Below are positions 38,675-47,600 of a DNA stretch of 64,000 nucleotides, piece by piece (positions within the stretch are counted from its first letter, which is position 1; each line of letters starts with the position of its first letter). The DNA lies in the NCBI GenBank assembly GCA_964016885.1, contig OZ024750.1:14322001-14386000 (forward strand), given 5' to 3'. The notes beneath the pieces were generated by a model. It saw only the letters and a program-made list of their open reading frames with translations, did not search any database and was not told where the DNA came from. The position numbers and the translations under genes are program-made. The stretch comes from Eledone cirrhosa. Taxonomy: Eukaryota.

Positions 38675-41600
38675 GTTTCTGATTTAGGCTCAAGGCCAAC
38701 AATTTGGGTGGAGGGGAAGTCGATTAAATCGACCCCAGTGTGTGATACTTTGTTTTATCGACCCTGTAAGGATGATAGGCAACGCTAGCCTCGGTGGAAA
38801 TTGAACTTGGAACATAAAGGGCTGCCAAAAAAATAATGGTAAATAATGAGGGAAGAATTACAAACAATCTGAAGAAGTCTGTCCCTATGATTAGTTTAAA
38901 CGGGTCTGTGGAAACCCTGCCAATTACTGGAGGACATAAGTATAGTTTTTTAGAAAGAGAAAGCAAAAACAAGAAATAATTGTTTTACTTTTTGCACAAG
39001 GCCAGCAATTACCCCAGTGCATTACTGGTACTTTATTTTATCTACCCTGTAATGATGAAAGGCACAGTTAAACTCGGTGGGATTTGAACTCAGAATGTAA
39101 AGGGCCGTAACTATGCTGCAAAGCATGGTGTCCGACCCTCTACTGATTCTGTCAATTCATCGCCTTAAAAACAAGAAATAATACAAGCCAACAGTAGAGC
39201 ATTTAAATCGTTGCTCGATCTGTTAGAAATTAGTAAGGGAATGAGGTCTGGGATCTTGTCAATCATGAAAACAAATAAATAAATAAATAAATAAACAAAC
39301 AAATAAACAAATAAATAAACAGATAAATAAATAAATAAAGAGAAACTTTGATAATTATAAATTCAAAACACAAAAAAAAAAAAAAAAAAAAAAATGGGTG
39401 ATATGAAGGCAATAATAGAAATTGATACCTACTTGTTATCTTTTTCCACCTCAAGTAAGACACTTTGTATTGCATTGCAAAGCAAGGGTGCAACATCACC
39501 TGTTGTCACAACTGGAGTGTCGATATTTTGCCCTCTTGCAGGATCAGCAACCACACAAGCACCATTATTGTCAAGAATATAGGGGAAATGCTTGTAAGAA
39601 TTTCCCCAGCATAACTGTAATACAATCAAATAAAGATCTGTTTAGTCACTAAAGATTCTGTTTGGGTAGGGCAGGTTCTTAGAGTTGTTTATGAAATTAT
39701 GAAATGTTGAAAGCAAAGGGGTTTAGATACTATCAGGGTATGAATAGTACAGAGTTGTGTACAACAGAAATAACTACATTGATAATACTAAACAATGCTA
39801 ATGTAATGTCTTATATTGGTTAAATCCTAAGAATTCATTCCATTACTGTTTTGTATGCTTGTATAAATAGTTTGGTTTTTGGTTTTTTAATTAATTTTTC
39901 CATATCAGACCAATTGCAATACATTGATGGATCAAATTTGTTTTCAAATAAGATATGCCCTACTGTACTTTTAAGTATTCAGCTGTGAAGTATATACATA
40001 GTATCTGTTGTCAAACAGATTAATGTTTTCTAATAACATATGTCCCCCACCCCTACTATTAAGTATTCAGCTGTGAAGTACATATCTGTTGTCAAACAGA
40101 CAAATGTTTTCTAAGAAGATATGCCCTACTATACTATTAGTCACTCAGCTGTGAAGTATATACATAGTATCTGTTGTCAAACAGATTAATGTTTTCTAAT
40201 AACATATGTCTCCCACCCCTACTATTAAGTATTCAGCTGTGAAGTACATATCTGTTGTCAAACAGACAAATGTTTTCTAAGAAGATATGCCCTACTATAC
40301 TATTAGTCACTCAGCTGTGAAGTATATACATAGTATCTGTTGTCAAACAGATTAATGTTTTCTAATAACATATGTCCCCCACCCCTACTATTAAGTATTC
40401 AGCTGTGAAGTACATATCTGTTGTCAAACAGACAAATGTTTTCTAAGAAGATATGCCCTACTATACTATTAGTCACTCAGCTGTGAAGTATATACATAGT
40501 ATCTGTTGTCAAACAGATTAATGTTTTCTAATAACATATGTCCCCCACCCCTACTATTAAGTATTCAGCTGTGAAGTACATATCTGTTGTCAAACAGACA
40601 AATGTTTTCTAAGAAGATATGCCCTACTATACTATTAGTCACTCAGCTGTGAAGTATATACATAGTATCTGTTGTCAAACAGATTAATGTTTTCTAATAA
40701 CACATGTCCCCCACCCCTACTATTAAGTATTCAGCTGTGAAGTACATATCTGTTGTCAAACAGACAAATGTTTTCTAAGAAGATATGCCCTACTATACTA
40801 TTAGTCACTCAGCTGTGAAGTATATACATAGTATCTGTTGTCAAACAGATTAATGTTTTCTAATAACATATGTCTCCCACCCCTACTATTAAGTATTCAG
40901 CTGTGAAGTACATATCTGTTGTCAAACAGACAAATGTTTTCTAAGAAGATATGCCCTACTATACTATTAGTCACTCAGCTGTGAAGTATATACATAGTAT
41001 CTGTTGTCAAACAGATTAATGTTTTCTAATAACATATGTCTCCCACCCCTACTATTAAGTATTCAGCTGTGAAGTACATATCTGTTGTCAAACAGACAAA
41101 TGTTTTCTAAGAAGATATGCCCTACTATACTATTAGTCACTCAGCTGTGAAGTATATACATAGTATCTGTTGTCAAACAGACAAATGTTTTCTAAGAAGA
41201 TATGCCCCACCCTACAATTGACCACTTAGCTGTGAAGAACACATAGTAGCTGATGTCAAAGAGACAAACTGAACATTTTTTTTAAATGTGAAAGTCAAAA
41301 TGCTTTTAACAAGATTTGAACTCATGACCAAATGATTGCTGGCCAAATACATCTATGTCGCATACCTAGTATGTGATCCATCAATGAATTGTAATTATTC
41401 AGATATGGAAAAATTAATTATAAAATAGTTAATTGCTATGAGAGAACATTGTAATCATGAACTTCAAGTAACTTTTCTCTATCTAAAGGATTTCTAATTT
41501 AAAAACAAGACCACCAGCAATTTGTGGGAAAGGAAAAGTCAATTATATTGACCCCCAGTATCGGACTTTATTTTATCAACCCTGGAAGGATGAAAGGCAA

Positions 41601-44600
41601 TGTTGACCAATCAACCACAGGAAGCTTCTCCCAAATCATCTATATATAAATTTGAGCAACTTCCGTCCATTCTTCGTCCTGTAACATACTAGAGATGACT
41701 GAGGAAGGAAGGGGGTGATGACGTCATGCACTAGATCATTGAGGAAGGAAGGGGTGATGATGTTACACACTAGAGATGACTGAGGAAGAAAGGGGTGTTG
41801 ACGTCACACACTAGAGATGACTGAGGAAGGAAGGGGTGATGACATCCCACACTAGAGATGACTGAGGAAGAAAGGGGTGTTGACGTCACACACTAGAAAT
41901 GACTGAGGAAGGAAGGGGTGATGACATCCCACACTAGAGATGACTGAGGAAGGAAGGGGTGATGACATCCCACACTAGAGATGACTGAGGAAAGAAGGGG
42001 TGATGATGTCACACACTAGATGACTGAGGAAGGAAGGGGTGATGATGTCACACACTAGAGATGACTGAGGAAAGAAGGGGTGATGACGTCACACTAGAGA
42101 TGACTAAGGAAGGGGTGATGATGTCACACACTAGAGATGACTGAGGAAGAAAGGAGTGATGATGTCACACACTAGAGATGACTGAGGAAGGAAGGGGTGA
42201 TGACATCCCACACTAGAGATGACTGAGGAAAGAAGGGGTGATGACGTCACACTAGAGATGACTAAGGAAGGGGTGATGATGTCACACACTAGAGATGACT
42301 AAGGAAGGGGTGATGATGTCACACACTAGAGATGACTGAGGAAGAAAGGAGTGATGACGTCACACACTAGAGATGACTAAGGAAGGGGTGATGATGTCAC
42401 ACACTAGAGATGACTGAGGAAGGAAGGGGTGATGACAAACTACAGAAAACATCATCTAACATTCACTACACTTATGTGTATAATCTCTATATAAATTTCA
42501 GCGACTTATTTTTGTAAGTGTGTTTGTGTTTGTGCATTTATAACAATATACTCATACATGCGTCAGCATGTTGAAAAAAATTCTAGTCATTAACAAATTC
42601 AAAGCTGCAATTGGAGAAAATAAATGTTTGGCTTTATGTTAGATAAAAGCAATTTTCACTTCTTGAATGGCTTGTTCATAAAAGTTCTAATCTGATATGA
42701 ACCCTTTAGCATTTAAACAAGCCATATCCGGCCAGAATCCTCTTACCTCTTTTTGTTCAAACTGGCTGTATCTGGTTGCTCATACTGATGTTAAGGTATT
42801 GTACTCAAAATAAATAACATCAAAATCTCATAGATTCGATATTATGAGAAATAATTATGTGAGGTAAAGGTTTTATCATCATCATCATAAAATGATGATG
42901 ATGATAAAACCTTTACCTCAAAAATACAATAGTATATATAAAGTAATGTAAATGCTAAAGGGTTTAAAAAATGACAAGTGGTCTCAGTTCTTTCATCAGA
43001 GTTTACCTATTATACCTGTTTATTAGTGAATCGTTTCTGAAAGAATGTAAGATTTTGTGCAACATACACAAGAATGTTGATATTATAACCAACAATCTAA
43101 GACAGGAAAAACAACAACAGACTAACTTATACAACTCAATGTATATATCACATGTATGTATCACTTGCAGTTTTCTCTGTCAGTCATGCTATTAATATGT
43201 TCAGTTCTCTTGATGAGATCATGTCATTTGTTTGTTTTTATAGAAGAAGAATATGAATCAGCATAAGAGCAGAGCTGTGTATAATCAGATAATTTAAATA
43301 GCTAGTTAGTACATATGTGAAGTGGTGATATTCTATACAACTATATTTTCAATCATATTATGATGAATTATTAATACATTCAATGAATTATACATTTACA
43401 AATCATACAGGTTATATCATTCTGGGATAAATACAAATATTATTTCATACATTTACAAATCATATATAAATCATATACATTTACAAATCATACAGGTTAT
43501 ATCATTCTGGGATAAATACAAATATTATTTCATACAAAATACTTTATAATATGAAGTAAATTATAGGAAGAAAAAGGTGGAAGAACTTCAAAACTTAACA
43601 AGTATGAGAAGGAAGTCTGTAGAATTTATTATAACAATAATTTGTATACAGAGCAATCCTTCTACAATATAAATTTTTCTATAACAAAAAATGTAAATTT
43701 TGTAGCCATAATGTGTGTGTGTGGGGAGGGGGGGGGGGGGGGGGTAAAGTTGTGAATCAAACACAGAAGTAATTGAGTGCAGAAATTGAATTCTACTGAA
43801 GAGGGAAATAACAAGTTCATAACTTATTTCTCATTCCATAAAATAATTTAACATTTTCTTCTGTTATTACAAATAAATTTGTATTCTGTTCACTTTCAGA
43901 TGCAATTGAAAAATACAAGAATTTCACTGAAAATTCCATTTATTCAAATGCATTTCTAGCTCCGAGCTTATATATTGAAAAAATCTTTTCTTGATTAGTA
44001 AGACTTTAGACTTCAGACATGATTCATCCAAGACAGGTAAGTGACTGGAGTTATTCTCTCGAGCAAGTCTCTTAATAAACATCACAAAATCAAAGCTTTA
44101 TAATCCTCAAATGATAAACCTACAGTTCTACTAGAGAGGTACAAAGAATAACGCCTGGATTAAACCCTCCAAAGCTAATAATTAGGTTTTACTCACTGAC
44201 ATAACACCTGTTAAACTATCAAGAAGCATTTACAAAATTACAAACGAAAATTAACCCGTTTGATATCAGTCTGGCCAAAACTAGCTCTGGTTCTATGAGA
44301 CAAAACTACCCATTTCCAGTGTTCCTTTTTAAGTTAAAATCTTCAAACATAATTTCATTTAAGGACCATATGTTAGGTTTCTAAGTCATGAAATAATTAC
44401 TAATTTTAGTAAATTCTTCATTAATAATAGAAATATGGTCACCACAAAAGAGTAAACATTATTCTTTAGAATCAAAAATACGTACCTTGAAAGAATGTGT
44501 TACTTCTGTATCTATCTCACAAGAGATTATGATATTGTGTTTCATGCCCATACTGTGGCGGACACCAACATGATAACCAAGGGCTTGGACTATTCCAGTT

Positions 44601-47600
44601 GATATATCCACTATCACAACATCAGCATTGTAAAAACTTTCCAAAGCAGATGTTTCACCAAAATCAAGATTTTTGAATGGCACCACAGTGAGATTTGCTT
44701 TAACTCTGAAAATGAATTAAATTTCAACAACAATAAGTGAAAACTTTCATAAATATAAACGTTATAAAATAGTTGTTTCTACTTTTGGCACAAGGCCAGC
44801 AATTATCCCAGTGTATTACTGGTGCCTTATTTTATCGACCCCCGTAAGAATGAAAGGCAAAGTTATAAAATAATGAATATTCATAATATCTGTTAATTGT
44901 TTATATTAAGCTTTTTTTTTAAATATATTTTCTGAATAAATTATTAATAAATTATCAAAATAGGTACAACGAACATGTGGTTAGAAAGAAATATCGCAGG
45001 AAAGAATTGTTGGACAGATTTTATGTGCAAAAACCAAACCGACCCCAATCTAGATGGTTGAGTAACATCCATGAGCATGGTTGATTTCACTTTTGGATCC
45101 AGCCAGATCAATTAGAAATTATTGTTTCTGACAGGACCTGCTGGAAGGAATGTCTGAGGAAATAATCAACAACTAAGATAGGTTGAGTGAAATCATTCAA
45201 GTTGGACTTACTAACAAAAAAACAACAAAAAACTGTAAATTGAAATAGAAAGCTTTGCCGTAACTTTTTAACTAAATTAAATAGTCTAATAACGGGGTGT
45301 TTAAACCCACTGAATGAAAAAAGATGGGTATCAGCACACATGGGAGTCAAACCCAAAATCTCATATTATCTGCTATATAATAAAATTTCAGCCCAAGGTT
45401 TAACCCTTCAGCATTTAAACCAGCTGTATCCGGCCACAGATACTGATGTTGAGGTATTGTTCTCAAAATAAATAATATCAAGATCTCATAAATTCAATAT
45501 TATGTGAGATTATCATGTAAGATAAAGCTTTTACTGTGAAAATACAATAGTAAATATAGAGTAATGTAAATGTTAAAGGGTTAAATTTAATTTTGTACAC
45601 TTTAATAGAGGTGGTTTGGAGTGAGTTGGTATTTAAAGAGTTAATTATTTTATCTTCAACTACAGGTAAGATGATATTGCAACAAACTACAATATTTGTA
45701 TATTGTAGGTGAGAAATAACAGATTTCAAAGTAAAACATTTGAGATTATACATACAGATTTTATATACAGATTATATAAATAGCATTTGAAAGTTCCTTT
45801 ACATCCTAAACAAGCCATATGAACACATCCTTCATCAAGCCAGCTCCTCACACCTATCTACCACAACTACTTATGGTAAACAATACCCAAACTCTCTTCA
45901 TATCACCTACCAATTATTAAAACATCACATTTACTCATTAACCCTTTTATTAATGTATTTTTAATTAAATACATTGCCTATACGTTTCAATTAATTTGAA
46001 AAAGAATAAAATATTTGGAAGAATTTAATAAAATAATTCATTAGTAAGCTGATATTTAAAACATTACTTAACAAAAATTCCTTAAATAAATGGCAAAAAA
46101 CTCTCAAGAGAGCTGGACGCCCCCCTCAAGCAAGTGTTTCAGCCCTTAACTTCTGAGGGCTGAAATACTCGCTTAAGAGAGGCTTCTTTTCTGAAGACTT
46201 TCTGCTATCTAGCTCTCTTGAGAGTTTCTTACCACTACTTAAGATAAAAATAAATCTTGAATAGTGGTAAAATTATGATGGAAGGATTTAATATAAGTAT
46301 AAACATTTGTAAATATGCAGTTTTATATGATAAACCCAAGGTTTATGGTAGCATATCAAAACAGTTACAGCAAAAGATAGACACTTTTAAAAACTTTTTT
46401 TTTTTTTTTTTTTAAAGCCAAATGGAACAAACTCCAAGAAACAAAATCCCTGTTTTTCAGAATTCTACAATGAATTCTACATCACCACATAAGGGAAATA
46501 TAACTCAACAGAAAACAAATATTTGTATCCATCAAAATCTGACAAAAATGTTGTAACCATCAAAAACAAAAAAACAAACAGTAAAGCACTATCTTCTTCT
46601 TCTTTGCCTTCTCATCCCCTTATTTCTTTACCCACTTGTTACTGAGGAGGTCGTGGGGGGGAAGAGTCCTTAAACACTCTTTCCAGTGGGCCTTATCAGA
46701 AGCAACCGTCTCCAATTGATCCAGCTGGATCCCCAAGCGAGACCAGCCCAGCTCGTGGATGTTATCTAACCACTAATGTTCGGGGTCAACCCCTGGGTCT
46801 CTTGCTAATTGGTTTCTATTTTGTTAAAGTAGACTAATTTTGAATGGGCCTCAGGTCATAACATAGGGTGGAGCATGTATTCTACAGAATATATATATTT
46901 ATTGAACTACAGAATATGTTTATAAATAACCCAGAAAGTATGAAATAGAATTAATAGAGCATCACATCTGGTTATTCAACAATATATGCAGTTGTACCTC
47001 CTCCTTCTCTTTCTTCTCCTCCTCTTGCTTATTCCACTTATTCCTGCGTGGATCGTGGGAACAGAGTCCTCAGACATTCCTTCCAGCAGGCCTGGCCAGA
47101 AGCAACCCTCTCCAACTGAGCTAGAAATGCCACAGATGCAGCCAGCCATTTCTTTTTATTTCCAAAATTAATTGAAACACATAGACAGTGGTAATCGACG
47201 AGTCAATCAACTTGCATCGAATCGGACTAAGGAAACAATATTTTCATTGGTCTTTCCAATTGCTAATACTATCAATCAGTCACAATTCCAGGTAGAAAGA
47301 GCAACGTGAAATAAAGTGTCTTGCCTGGTCCAAGAATCGAAATCACAACCTCATGATTGCAAATCTAATTCTCTAACCCCTCAGCCACGCGTCTTCACAA
47401 ATGTACAGTGGTAATCATTTCATCATCATCATCATCATTTCATTTTACGTCCGCTTTTCCCTGCTTGCAAGGGTGGGACGGGAACTGATTCTGGCTTGAT
47501 TTCTACAGCTGGATGCCCTTCCTAACACCAACCTCATTTACAGTGAGTGCTGGGTGCTTTTTTGCCGTGGCACCTCCACGACCACTTTGCAGTGGAATGA

